From a virus, in the IMG/VR virus record IMGVR_UViG_3300042549_005585, positions 1 through 64,000 of that record: a stretch of 64,000 bases of DNA; one strand, 5' to 3'. The notes under the pieces were generated by a model. It saw only the letters and a list, made by a program, of their open reading frames with translations, had not been told where the DNA came from and searched no databases. Of the stretch, positions 39,431-49,329 are shown piece by piece; the stretch's first letter is position 1, and each line of letters begins with the position of its first letter. Made by a program: the position numbers and the translations under genes.

Positions 39431-40021
39431 TTATCGTTTTAATATTTTAAAGAAATCTTTAGTTGTGTCATTGTACTCCCACCAACCTTCACTTACATCT
39501 TCTTTCCATTGTCCTTTAATACATTCATAGTAATATTCATCATCTTCGTCTTTTTTTAATTCCCATATGTCACCAACAACAAATAAATGAGCAAAATTAT
39601 CAAATATTTCATCTTTAGCATAATACTCATCTTCACGTGTTCGATCAGTACATAGGTATATATCTTTTACTACTTCTATTAATGCTGGTGGGCGTGAGCC
39701 TGGTTTGTTAATTTGGTATTCATCTAATTCTTCGTCTTCATCATCATCTTCTTCTTCTTCATCATAAACACTTTCATCACCTCCACTCTCAACATATTTC
39801 CAATTTTGTTTTATATAATAATATTCACTTGTGTCATCTACATAACTGGTAAAAAATTCAAAAAACTCATCTTTACTTATATTTTTTCCTTCAGGAAATG
39901 TTTTAAGAAAATCAGCCATTATATCTTCATCTTCATAACTTTTAACAATATCTAATACTAATTTATAATTACTATTAGGTCGATTAATTTTATACTCATT
40001 GAGTAAATCTATTAGTTTCAT
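39431..40021 (-). CDS. two-module acidic EYKIN-leader protein
   Basis: MKLIDLLNEYKINRP plus internal LDEYQINKP. Confidence 0.75.
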   Translation of the reverse strand: MKLIDLLNEYKINRPNSNYKLVLDIVKSYEDEDIMADFLKTFPEGKNISKDEFFEFFTSYVDDTSEYYYIKQNWKYVESGGDESVYDEEEEDDDEDEELDEYQINKPGSRPPALIEVVKDIYLCTDRTREDEYYAKDEIFDNFAHLFVVGDIWELKKDEDDEYYYECIKGQWKEDVSEGWWEYNDTTKDFFKILKR

Positions 40022-40022
40022 A

Positions 40023-40382
40023 TTATTTATCTTTTACCATGTAATAAGTTGTTTGTCCTCTATCATCATCATAGTCATCCTCAATTGACACATCAAAATT
40101 TTTCAATGCTCTTAATATTTCTCTATCTTCAATCCATTCCCAATAACCATATTTCATCATTACTCGATCTAATGATGGTGATAATCTAAGTGAATCATCA
40201 AGTCTATTTTCTACTGGTTTTAGAGCGTTATAAACACGAATTAGTAATGATAATTCTTTATTATCTATTTTACGTAGTTTTGGATTGTAATCAACCCATA
40301 ACTTACCTTTAGATGAGTCAGTATTAAATAGTATTGGTTTGTTTATTTCATACTCGTTGAGTAAATCTATTAGTTTGATCAT
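40023..40382 (-). CDS. EYKIN-leader protein
   Basis: MIKLIDLLNEYEINKP. Confidence 0.75.
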   Translation of the reverse strand: MIKLIDLLNEYEINKPILFNTDSSKGKLWVDYNPKLRKIDNKELSLLIRVYNALKPVENRLDDSLRLSPSLDRVMMKYGYWEWIEDREILRALKNFDVSIEDDYDDDRGQTTYYMVKDK

Positions 40383-40385
40383 AGT

Positions 40386-40745
40386 TTATACTATTTGTAC
40401 ATTAAATATTCTTTTTAAATCATCTATATTAGCTGTTACTCCAACATAATCACCTAATGCTTCAATCTTACCATTAGCTTTATCTCTAATAACCTTAAAA
40501 ACTTCAGGAGCATATTCTTCAAAAGCGTCATCTTCATCCATAAAATCACTAATATCATTATTTAATATTAATCCATATGAAACATTATTATCACTATCTA
40601 TATCACCTGTGTATTCTCCACTATATTCTTCATTATCAACATCTAATAAAGTTTCTCCATCATCATATATAACAAGAGTAGCGTCTGGGTATTTGTATGG
40701 GTTATTTACTTTATACTCGTTGAGTAAATCTATTAGTTTAATCAT
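40386..40745 (-). CDS. acidic EYKIN-leader protein
   Basis: MIKLIDLLNEYKVNNP. Confidence 0.75.
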   Translation of the reverse strand: MIKLIDLLNEYKVNNPYKYPDATLVIYDDGETLLDVDNEEYSGEYTGDIDSDNNVSYGLILNNDISDFMDEDDAFEEYAPEVFKVIRDKANGKIEALGDYVGVTANIDDLKRIFNVQIV

Positions 40746-40748
40746 ATA

Positions 40749-41228
40749 CTAAAAATAGTTAAAAAGTAAAACAACTACTCCTCCGTCTCTAAATCCTTCC
40801 TCATCAGTTACAATAACACCATCTAATTGATCATATTCGTTAGGTGATAAACGATCCCACTTAGTGATAACAGCATATCGTTCTTCACCTTGGTAACGTG
40901 TTCTTACTTCAGTATCACCATCTCCTTTAACAACAAGCATAGGCATATCCATATTCATTGAACCATGAACATATCCTTCGTCTTTAAGGAACTTATCAGC
41001 CAAATGTATTGCTCTAAAGTCTTCTGTTGGTTTAAACTCAACAGCGTATTGTACTGGTTTGTTAATTATAGCTGCTGTATTTAGTTTGAGTTCAGGATGA
41101 GCAGATTTAATTTCAGCGGGTGTTTTACCCACTAAATCCTTTCTAACTATTGGTTCATCAGGATTACCTAGTTGATTTACAACATCATCACCGAATGCTT
41201 CTTTAAGTATGTCTATTAGTTTTTTCAT
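40749..41228 (-). CDS. leader-bearing hypothetical protein
   Basis: MKKLIDILKE. Confidence 0.75.
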   Translation of the reverse strand: MKKLIDILKEAFGDDVVNQLGNPDEPIVRKDLVGKTPAEIKSAHPELKLNTAAIINKPVQYAVEFKPTEDFRAIHLADKFLKDEGYVHGSMNMDMPMLVVKGDGDTEVRTRYQGEERYAVITKWDRLSPNEYDQLDGVIVTDEEGFRDGGVVVLLFNYF

Positions 41229-41587
41229 TAGTATAAAATTAGTAAAAGTATATTATCGTCTTCTTTAATAATTAGTTTAGAATATTTTCTTATGTCCATA
41301 TCAACATTACCTATATCACTAGCTTCATCTTGTCCATCATATAAATAAGCTGCGAATTTATGATGAAAATTTTTGATAACTTGTTCCATTTTATTGAATT
41401 GTTCTTCATTTATACCTTGATCATCTATAAACTTTTCTTTATCATCATATCCCCAAGTTTTTAACATATCTTCTATGCTGTTAGCTTTTGACATAGATGG
41501 ATACCAATAAAATAATTCAGGGTCGTATTTGAATACAGCGGGACTATTTATTTTGTATTCGTCTAATATTTCTGCTAGTTTAATCAT
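41228..41587 (-). CDS. EYKIN-leader protein
   Basis: MIKLAEILDEYKINSP. Confidence 0.75.
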   Translation of the reverse strand: MIKLAEILDEYKINSPAVFKYDPELFYWYPSMSKANSIEDMLKTWGYDDKEKFIDDQGINEEQFNKMEQVIKNFHHKFAAYLYDGQDEASDIGNVDMDIRKYSKLIIKEDDNILLLILY

Positions 41588-44025
41588 AGTTTAATTGTTT
41601 TAATATCAACAAAGTCTCTTTCAGTTTCATCATATACTCTTACATTAGCGTATAAACCATCAATTTCAGGATCTAAATTTATCCTTTCAATTTCAGTGTA
41701 ACGAGGTATATTGTCATCTCCTAAATTTTGTTCTATTACAGCCCAATATTCATAAGATTTTCTATATAAGTATTGTCCTTTTAGTGTATCTAAAGCTAAT
41801 TTCTCAGCATTAGTGAATGTTGTTTCAACTTTTTCCTGTTGGAATTGGTTTGGTCCTTCATACCAAGATATTCTATAGTTTCCTGAGTTTGGTTTGTTAA
41901 TTTTATACTCATTTAAACCATCTTTAAATGGAAATTCATCTGGGTGTGATGTTAAGAAAAAGCTCATTTCTGATGTGGCAAAATCTTCAATATCTTCATC
42001 TGTAGCGTTTTCAAAATCAAAGTCACTTAATCCATTTAATGTAGATTCTTCCCAACCTTCTTCATCACTCATAAAAGTTTCTACATCATCAATATATTCA
42101 GGATCAATTACTGATTCAAGGTAACTATGTATTAGACCTTTATCTATAACATAGTATCTGTTTCCATCTTCATCTTTTTCTAAACTAATATACTTGTTAC
42201 GTTTTGGTTTATTAATTTTATACTCTTTAATTTTGTTTGAATCTCTAATAACATCTGTTTTAAGTAAGAAATCAATTAAACCATCAAGTTCTCCTATCCA
42301 TATGTTTTTTCCTACTTCACTTTTTAACCAAGTATCAATTTCATTAGTGTTTACTGTTTCTACTTGACTTATATCAACTATATCATTTAACATTAAGCAA
42401 GCATCAGCTACATCCTCACCATATAATCTGTTAACATTATGATAATCATTCATACCATACTCATACTTAACCCAATCAGCTACTTTATATGTTTTAGATG
42501 GTTTGTTGATTTTGTATTCATTAATAAAGTCAGACTTAAGTAAAGTATTGTTTACTTGTTGAACAAAATCATTCTCATTAAATATCTCAGATGGTTCTAT
42601 ATAGTAGTCCACTACTTTTTCTATAAGAAGTGGAATATATACATCATAATAATCTTTTGTATTGCGTGTATGAGGAAGGTCTGGGTGTTCTTTAGTTTTG
42701 ATATAGTTGAATACTTTGTTTCGTATTTCATTTATATCAATAGCTTCAAAATATGCTTTCCAAATAACTTTGTTTATATAACGTTTTAAGTCAACATTAT
42801 CATTAAGATAGTCTAATACATCCTCACCACTAATTGTACTTACATTCAATGGGCTAGCAATAATTTCCTTACCATCTTTTTCAAACTCATAATGGTTAAC
42901 AACCATATGTTCTTTGATAAAATCAATTATGATGTCGTGAGTATCATACTTCTCATCCTTAACAAATTCAACAGCAGGAGTATCATAATATTCTTCATGG
43001 TCTTTAACTAGACTAACTATATGTCTGTTAATAGCATCCTTCACATCGTTCATAAAGTCAGATGGAAGTGAATCAGTAGGTTTATTAATCTTATATTCGT
43101 TAAGTGGCTGATTTTTTTTAATTAACACCATACCAAGTAAGTACTCAAGTATTTCATCTATTGTGTTATCTTTCAAATTACTATGAGGAGCATTTTTCCA
43201 ACGTTCAATATCAGCTTTAGTTACTGTGTTACGGTCAAAAATATTCATATTGAAATACAATATAGTTAACGCGTTTAATTCGTCTGAGTATGGACCTAAA
43301 CGATATTCTGCTTTGTCCCAATCAAGTTCATATGGATCTTCAGTAAAATAATTATACACCCAATCTGCTATTTTATATCCAGGATCAGGAGTGTTAATTT
43401 TATATTCTTCAACATTTTCATTAAGGGCATTGGTGTTTGTCATTAATATAGTGTCATCAATAACAATTGCTTTTACATCACGTTCACGTAAGTGTTTAAC
43501 AATTCTATTTAATACACTTTCCTTAAATGTATTTGACATTAATGAATTATCAGGATAATATCCTAAAGCATCATCATGTTGTAAACGGTATTGAGGTGAG
43601 TTATCAATTCTTAACTCAACAAACTTAGTGTTAGGCATTACTTTATAACTAACATTATCATACCCATCAATGCTGATAGTTTTCTTTTCGTTGTTAGTAT
43701 TAGTAATTATATTCTCATTAATGTTGTTGTATGGTTGTAATTCTTCTTCTGTCCACCATGTTGGACTAGCATCTTTATTATGCTCTAACCATTGAATCAA
43801 ATACCAAGGTTCATTTATTGTATTATCATCTTCATATGGATGTTGAAATATATATTCCCGATTAGTGGGATTTGATATTACCGCTTCCCAATTAGGTCTT
43901 CTATCTAATATTTTACATGATTCTTCATCACCATATAATTCACGTACAATTTCACCTACCTTATACTTGTAAGTAGTAGGTTTGTTTACTTTGTACTCGT
44001 TTAATATTTCTGTTAGTTTAATCAT
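41584..44025 (-). CDS. 813-aa putative polyprotein of about 7 acidic modules separated by xxE|YK[IV]NxP
   Basis: Six copies of EYK[IV]N[KT]P plus one INE junction. Confidence 0.75.
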   Translation of the reverse strand: MIKLTEILNEYKVNKPTTYKYKVGEIVRELYGDEESCKILDRRPNWEAVISNPTNREYIFQHPYEDDNTINEPWYLIQWLEHNKDASPTWWTEEELQPYNNINENIITNTNNEKKTISIDGYDNVSYKVMPNTKFVELRIDNSPQYRLQHDDALGYYPDNSLMSNTFKESVLNRIVKHLRERDVKAIVIDDTILMTNTNALNENVEEYKINTPDPGYKIADWVYNYFTEDPYELDWDKAEYRLGPYSDELNALTILYFNMNIFDRNTVTKADIERWKNAPHSNLKDNTIDEILEYLLGMVLIKKNQPLNEYKINKPTDSLPSDFMNDVKDAINRHIVSLVKDHEEYYDTPAVEFVKDEKYDTHDIIIDFIKEHMVVNHYEFEKDGKEIIASPLNVSTISGEDVLDYLNDNVDLKRYINKVIWKAYFEAIDINEIRNKVFNYIKTKEHPDLPHTRNTKDYYDVYIPLLIEKVVDYYIEPSEIFNENDFVQQVNNTLLKSDFINEYKINKPSKTYKVADWVKYEYGMNDYHNVNRLYGEDVADACLMLNDIVDISQVETVNTNEIDTWLKSEVGKNIWIGELDGLIDFLLKTDVIRDSNKIKEYKINKPKRNKYISLEKDEDGNRYYVIDKGLIHSYLESVIDPEYIDDVETFMSDEEGWEESTLNGLSDFDFENATDEDIEDFATSEMSFFLTSHPDEFPFKDGLNEYKINKPNSGNYRISWYEGPNQFQQEKVETTFTNAEKLALDTLKGQYLYRKSYEYWAVIEQNLGDDNIPRYTEIERINLDPEIDGLYANVRVYDETERDFVDIKTIKL

Positions 44026-46075
44026 TCTTGATATTAGCTAATTGTTTTAACCTATCCGCTTCTTCTTTTAACACACTAGAGGCAGGTGAGCCATTAAGTG
44101 TTACTTCTTTAGCGCTATAAACACGTTTAGGTGATTCATTGTCTGAGAAATATCCTCCACTTATACTTTCATCATTAATGAATGATTCATCACCATCAAT
44201 ATTTGATTCTACTACTTTACCATTACTATCTAATAATACCCAATTTGTGTAACGTCCTTCAGTTTCTTCTACTGGTAGTAGAGTATAATAGTTTCCTCCT
44301 GATTGGATAAAGAATGGTAATGCGTAAAGCATTGTTAAGTATTTTTGATCCCCATTCACCTTATTAGCTAGATCAAGTAATGTTTTTCTTTCTTGTGGTG
44401 ATAATGTAAGCCACTGTTTAGCTAAAATAGGAGCAGGATCTACATCTTGGTTTGGTGAATCAAAAAATGTAGCCATTTTCTCTTCATCAGGATTAAGATT
44501 TTCTCCAAATTTCCAGTTAACAAATAACTTACTATATATTGAAAATAAATTTTTTAATTTATCATTATCAATGTACTTGATAGCAGATGGAGGTAAGTAA
44601 TCTAATTCTTTAAGATGTTTCTTAACAAACTCCTTAGATGATTTTTCTCCAAAATATTTTTCTACTAACTCAAGAGATAAAACATTATCATAAGCATCCA
44701 TATACTTTTCCTTAGCAGGCTCATCTAGATACTGAATGAAAGGTAATGGTATAGGTGTTTTACTATAGTCTGTATGTCTAAAACGATATATAGCATAACG
44801 ACTAGCTAATGATGGATAATCTTTTAAGTCAGCGTAAGTGAATTTTTGACCACTATCAATAGCAATATTAGCTAAAGTAGTAGTTCTACCTTCAAGTGAA
44901 ATCTTATATTTAGGTAATATGCTTAGTATGTCTTGTTTCAAAGCGTTTTTCATTGCTTTAGCTTGAACATACATTATTTTCTCATCTTGAGTTAATTCCT
45001 TAAATTCATCAACAGATAAATTTTTACCTTGAGCAAACTTTCTAGCACGTTCACTACCTGATAACGCTACTGGTTTGAATAATTCTTTTAAGTTTTTAAT
45101 TTTAGCCCAAGTGTCAGCAGGAACAATTTTAGATATATCATCCCAACTAGCGGCTTTATTATCTCCAGCATTATCAGCATTAGTGACTACATATGATTTA
45201 CCATCAGCATTAGCTTGCAAAGCGATTGCATGGTACGGATCATCAAAATAAGAATGTTCAGGAGCTGATGTTTTACTACGATCAAAAATAAAATAAAATG
45301 TAGGTGCTTCTTCTTTGAATCGATAATAATCGTAGTTAGTATTTCCGGGTTGTGCGACACACCAACCATATTTTTTTCTGTTAGTTGATGCTACTGTAGG
45401 ATTGTATTGAATACACTTATGTACTTCATCACACTTATAAACCTCAATATCTCCTTTACTATATATCTTATCAGCGTCAGTTTCAGCTAAGTTTTCACCT
45501 TCCTCTCCAACTTTAATTTGTGTTGGAAATAAAGCATCTAGCATTTGCTCTAAACTTTGCCATCTGTAATTACGAGGATCTAAATATAAATCATTAGCTA
45601 ACAAACGAGCAGGTATAAATTTCTTAACTTCCTCCTTAGTGAATCTTTCATCTTCAGTACCATTCTCAACAGCATACTTTAAATCTTTCTTCTTATTCAT
45701 GAAGCGAGCCACGTATGATTGAGCTGTAGTTTTGTCTATTTGCTCTTTATCAACAAATTTCTTAATGGCTTCTTTCTTAATTTTCTCCTCGTTTTGAGGT
45801 AAAGACTTAAGTAAGTTTACCATATCATTGTAAGAATACTTATCAATGTTAAGATAATTATTATTTTGTTTTAAATCATCTGGTAGTACAATTATGTCTA
45901 GTTTCTGTGCTAATGATGATTTCTTTTGATCAAATTGTTGAATTAATTGACGAGCAGCATTAACAGCGGCTTTATCATTAGAATCAATACCCCATCTAGC
46001 AATAGTATCATTTATTGTCTTTTCTGTGTATTCTCTTAGCAAAACTTCTTGTAATATATTGGATAATCGCGTCAT
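44018..46075 (-). CDS. large leader-bearing hypothetical protein (WC-motif type)
   Basis: MTRLSNILQE..LLRE start; YGWCVA..YDYYR..TFYFIFD; C-terminal LKEEADRLKQLANIK. Confidence 0.7.
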   Translation of the reverse strand: MTRLSNILQEVLLREYTEKTINDTIARWGIDSNDKAAVNAARQLIQQFDQKKSSLAQKLDIIVLPDDLKQNNNYLNIDKYSYNDMVNLLKSLPQNEEKIKKEAIKKFVDKEQIDKTTAQSYVARFMNKKKDLKYAVENGTEDERFTKEEVKKFIPARLLANDLYLDPRNYRWQSLEQMLDALFPTQIKVGEEGENLAETDADKIYSKGDIEVYKCDEVHKCIQYNPTVASTNRKKYGWCVAQPGNTNYDYYRFKEEAPTFYFIFDRSKTSAPEHSYFDDPYHAIALQANADGKSYVVTNADNAGDNKAASWDDISKIVPADTWAKIKNLKELFKPVALSGSERARKFAQGKNLSVDEFKELTQDEKIMYVQAKAMKNALKQDILSILPKYKISLEGRTTTLANIAIDSGQKFTYADLKDYPSLASRYAIYRFRHTDYSKTPIPLPFIQYLDEPAKEKYMDAYDNVLSLELVEKYFGEKSSKEFVKKHLKELDYLPPSAIKYIDNDKLKNLFSIYSKLFVNWKFGENLNPDEEKMATFFDSPNQDVDPAPILAKQWLTLSPQERKTLLDLANKVNGDQKYLTMLYALPFFIQSGGNYYTLLPVEETEGRYTNWVLLDSNGKVVESNIDGDESFINDESISGGYFSDNESPKRVYSAKEVTLNGSPASSVLKEEADRLKQLANIKND

Positions 46076-46100
46076 TGGTAGTAATATATTATAAATATGT

Positions 46101-46136
46101 AATAAAAATGCGCCTTATTGTTAGTAAGACGCATTA
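46101..46136 (-). terminator. intrinsic terminator
   Basis: AATGCGTCTTA-loop-TAAGGCGCATT followed by TTTATT. Confidence 0.75.
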
Positions 46137-46163
46137 TTTAACGTTAATTTTTGAATATGGTAA

Positions 46164-46550
46164 TTATGCTGGTTCGTATTCTTTACCGCCAATTTTAGCG
46201 AATAAAATCGTTTTAGTGTTGATTATACGATAACCGTCGGACGTTTTAGCGGCGATCGGATCCCATACAGGCAATAAACCTTTAGCTACTGGATCGTACG
46301 GCAATTCACCACCATGTAGATATTTTTTAACTCCCAAGCGACAGTTCATGGTGCGTTCAGTACCATCTTTCTTAATAAACTTAACAGTGAAAAATGCACC
46401 TTTAGTATCCTTAATTAACTGAATGATATCATCCAATGGTAATTTAGTTGGTCCACTAGTGGGAGTTGAAGCAGGTGCTTCTTCTTCTTCACTAAGTATT
46501 TCCTTAATGATACTTTTTACTATTTGTCTTTTAATTTTGTCGCTTGCCAT
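46164..46550 (-). CDS. SH3/Sm-like beta-barrel protein (DUF2693-like) with an N-terminal leader
   Basis: FTVKFIKKDGTERTMNC..V.D....YR; leader IVKSIIKEILSE. Confidence 0.65.
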   Translation of the reverse strand: MASDKIKRQIVKSIIKEILSEEEEAPASTPTSGPTKLPLDDIIQLIKDTKGAFFTVKFIKKDGTERTMNCRLGVKKYLHGGELPYDPVAKGLLPVWDPIAAKTSDGYRIINTKTILFAKIGGKEYEPA

Positions 46551-46561
46551 ATTGATAAATA

Positions 46562-47341
46562 TTATTCTTCTACTTTCGCTTCCTTAGCGGTTTTAGCTTC
46601 ATAAACTCTGTTAGAAACAGTATGATACTTATGACACTCATTACATTGTAATTGAATACGTGGTGTACCAGTTGCAGTATAGCGTTTTTGTGAGAAACGT
46701 AAATCTTCAGATCCACATTCAGGACATGAATACTTTTCACCACCATTTGCTACACCATAATGTGTTTTATGGGGAACATAGTTAGATAATTGATCGTGTA
46801 CTTTTTCAAGTATAGTAACATCATTTTTACAATATGTTACCATTTTCTCTAATGATTCCTTATCCTTATTTAAGACAATTTCTTTCCATAAGTCGAAACC
46901 ACCAGTCTCTAATTTTTCACCTACCTTCAAATACTGAGCGATATAGTCTAAACGATTCGAATTGAATCTAAATTTAGAGCGTGAGTGTTTTAAAGTGTCA
47001 ATTGTAGTGTATGTTGGGAAAACAGGTATACGATGGAATAGGCAACGTGTCCTAATCCAAGGTAAATCAAATTTATCTCCATTATGACCCACTAATTCAG
47101 ATGCTTCGTTTGCGATGCTTATGAATTTTTCTAACATTTTTTTGTCGTCTTGGTTGTTATCCCAAGTTAATGAATAAACCTTATCTTCACCTGCCCATTT
47201 ATAGCAGATACAGATAATGGCTCTTTCTTTGATAATATTGCTGTATGGTACATTTAATTTGTACCCTGCAGACCAAAAGAATCCGATGTTTGGACTAGTC
47301 TCTATGTCAAAGAATAGTCTTTTCTTCTTGTTTTCTATCAT
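46562..47341 (-). CDS. RNase H-fold 3'-5' exonuclease (YprB/PolB-exo-like) with C-terminal Zn ribbon
   Basis: FFDIET, GHNGDKFD, IDT, YCKNDV, CPECGS...CNEC. Confidence 0.85.
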   Translation of the reverse strand: MIENKKKRLFFDIETSPNIGFFWSAGYKLNVPYSNIIKERAIICICYKWAGEDKVYSLTWDNNQDDKKMLEKFISIANEASELVGHNGDKFDLPWIRTRCLFHRIPVFPTYTTIDTLKHSRSKFRFNSNRLDYIAQYLKVGEKLETGGFDLWKEIVLNKDKESLEKMVTYCKNDVTILEKVHDQLSNYVPHKTHYGVANGGEKYSCPECGSEDLRFSQKRYTATGTPRIQLQCNECHKYHTVSNRVYEAKTAKEAKVEE

Positions 47342-47360
47342 AACGATATATTGGTTAACA

Positions 47361-47392
47361 TGAAAATAGCTGCCCTTATTTGGGCAGCCAAG
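47361..47392 (-). promoter_or_regulatory. Bacteroidota-type promoter overlapping a terminator-like hairpin
   Basis: CTTGGC-N18-TATTTTCA; the spacer folds as GCTGCCC-AAATAA-GGGCAGC. Confidence 0.6.
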
Positions 47393-47401
47393 CTTGTTTA
47401 T

Positions 47402-48349
47402 TTAATCTATGTCAAGATCGATTGAGTCATCGTTCTTGTCTACTATAATGAAATCCTTGACTCCACTATCACTAGTCATGTAGATTCGAATATCATTTCC
47501 GTACGCTTCAATTTTAGTGACAGTAACTTTATCTCCTTTAGAAAAATTACCCATTCCACTTGCTACAGTAAATGTATCTCCATCTTTGATATGAGCGGCA
47601 GATACCGCTTCGTTTGTTTTTTGTTTCATAACCTTGTTTATAATTCTTTGTTTAATTTCTTTAATAACACTACGTCTTCTCTTTTGCTCAGCCAACGGAG
47701 CCTCTTCCTCACCTGGTAATGCTAAACTACCTGGTTCACCTTCACCTTCACCAGGCGCTGGTGTTTCAGGAGCTGCTTCAGGTGCTGTTTCACCTCCTAT
47801 AGGTGTTTCAGGAGCAGGAGCTTCAGCTGATGTTTCTGTTCCTACTGCTTCAATAGGTTTAGGAGAGCCTATAGATAATAGAGTAGCAATTTTCTCAACC
47901 GCGTTCTCAAACTCACCTAAATTAAGTAAGTAATAACGTCTACCTCCTGCTTTTATCTCATATGTTTTACCCATAAACTTCATATAGAAGGATTGGTTAT
48001 TATGAAGTACAACTTTAAAAGTAGTTGGTTTAGGCGCTATAATATAGATACCTGTAACGTAATTTCTAAAGTCAGGAGTCATTAAATCCTCAATAGTACG
48101 ATTAAGTGAAGGGTATGTCTGTAAAATATATTCCAATGGATTAGACTCAAAAGTGATAGGTTCATCTTTTGGTTCTTCAATAGGTGTCTCTTCAGGAGTA
48201 TCTACAGGTGTTTCTTCAGGTGTGTCTACAGGTGTTTCTTCAGGAGTTTCCTCATCAACCTCCATAAGATCTACATCATGTCCTTTGATACGCTCTTGAA
48301 CTTTTTGTATTATTGCATTACGCAATATGTCTTTTTTAGTTTGTTCCAT
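47402..48349 (-). CDS. hypothetical protein with Pro/Glu/Thr linkers
   Basis: TPEETPVD tandem repeats; second domain after LAE/TNE sites. Confidence 0.65.
   Translation of the reverse strand: MEQTKKDILRNAIIQKVQERIKGHDVDLMEVDEETPEETPVDTPEETPVDTPEETPIEEPKDEPITFESNPLEYILQTYPSLNRTIEDLMTPDFRNYVTGIYIIAPKPTTFKVVLHNNQSFYMKFMGKTYEIKAGGRRYYLLNLGEFENAVEKIATLLSIGSPKPIEAVGTETSAEAPAPETPIGGETAPEAAPETPAPGEGEGEPGSLALPGEEEAPLAEQKRRRSVIKEIKQRIINKVMKQKTNEAVSAAHIKDGDTFTVASGMGNFSKGDKVTVTKIEAYGNDIRIYMTSDSGVKDFIIVDKNDDSIDLDID
48181..48250. repeat. 24-bp coding tandem repeat (TPEETPVD, about 3 copies)
   Basis: caggtgtttcttcagg... repeated units. Confidence 0.7.
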
Positions 48350-48711
48350 TAGTATGTTTCTTCATTGTTTTTTTCAGTCATATACTCAGTTACACTGTGT
48401 ATGTAGTCTGAAGCTAATGTAATGTAAGCTGATATCCAACCTGGAAGTTCAGTTCCTGGTTGTATCATTCTGTATGCTTTAGCTCCATTCATAAGCATAT
48501 CTCTTAATTCACCTTTAGCCATTGTAGCTTCATGGTCAGATGATGGTTGACCTAAAACATCTCCACCTTCGTTAGTTGTAGCTTTGCTAATTGCTTTACG
48601 ACGCTTAAGAAGATATTTGTCTGTTTTATCTACTTTTCCATCATTGTTGATGTCAGAATCTTCTTGTCCTACAGGATCCATTGATTCTAATATTTTGGAT
48701 AGTTTAATCAT
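48349..48711 (-). CDS. leader-bearing protein with DxDxNxDG Ca-binding-like loop
   Basis: [10 protein letters not shown]; [24 protein letters not shown]. Confidence 0.7.
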   Translation of the reverse strand: MIKLSKILESMDPVGQEDSDINNDGKVDKTDKYLLKRRKAISKATTNEGGDVLGQPSSDHEATMAKGELRDMLMNGAKAYRMIQPGTELPGWISAYITLASDYIHSVTEYMTEKNNEETY

Positions 48712-49310
48712 TACGATAATAAATTATGATATTCTTTAAAATGTTTAATACGATCAGCTAAACCGATAGTTCCTCCATTCACACGCTTAGTAATTGAAGT
48801 TACTACAGCATCTGTAGCACCACCATCAGCCATTATATGTAATTTGTTCTTATTAAAGAACCAAGCCGCTGATAATAAAGCGTATTTGTCTGCAACTACT
48901 GTTGGGTTAGCAGCTATGTCTTCGTTTATTGATTTACCAAATGCTGTGTAGTTATCTTTACCTGTTAATTGGATATAGCCACGACCACAGTACTTAGCTC
49001 CATCACCAGTAGATTCAGGACCGTTACCCATTCTACCACCATACACTTTATTAGCAATTTTTTCAGGTTTTCTTTCATAAGGCAAAGCTGATTCTAATGT
49101 AGGAAAATATTTTTTAAAAATACCATTTAATCCTTTTGCTGAATAATTTAAATTCTCTTTTGTTAATCTAAATCCACCACTTTCATGTCCACATTGAGCT
49201 AAAAAATGAGCTAAACGTAATGGGGTATTGATTTGGAACTTTTCCATTACTCCTGGAATTTGTTCAATTACTTTGTCAGGTATGTGTCCTTTTAATTTAT
49301 TTAAGTTCAT
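48711..49310 (-). CDS. glycoside hydrolase family 19 endolysin
   Basis: [53 protein letters not shown]. Confidence 0.92.
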   Translation of the reverse strand: MNLNKLKGHIPDKVIEQIPGVMEKFQINTPLRLAHFLAQCGHESGGFRLTKENLNYSAKGLNGIFKKYFPTLESALPYERKPEKIANKVYGGRMGNGPESTGDGAKYCGRGYIQLTGKDNYTAFGKSINEDIAANPTVVADKYALLSAAWFFNKNKLHIMADGGATDAVVTSITKRVNGGTIGLADRIKHFKEYHNLLS

Positions 49311-49329
49311 ATTATTTTATATAAATGGT

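Noticed and set aside
39028-44025. CRISPR-like or attC-like array
   Set aside because: Repeats are in-frame, degenerate at synonymous sites, non-palindromic and 270-600 bp apart; no cas or integrase gene in the window.
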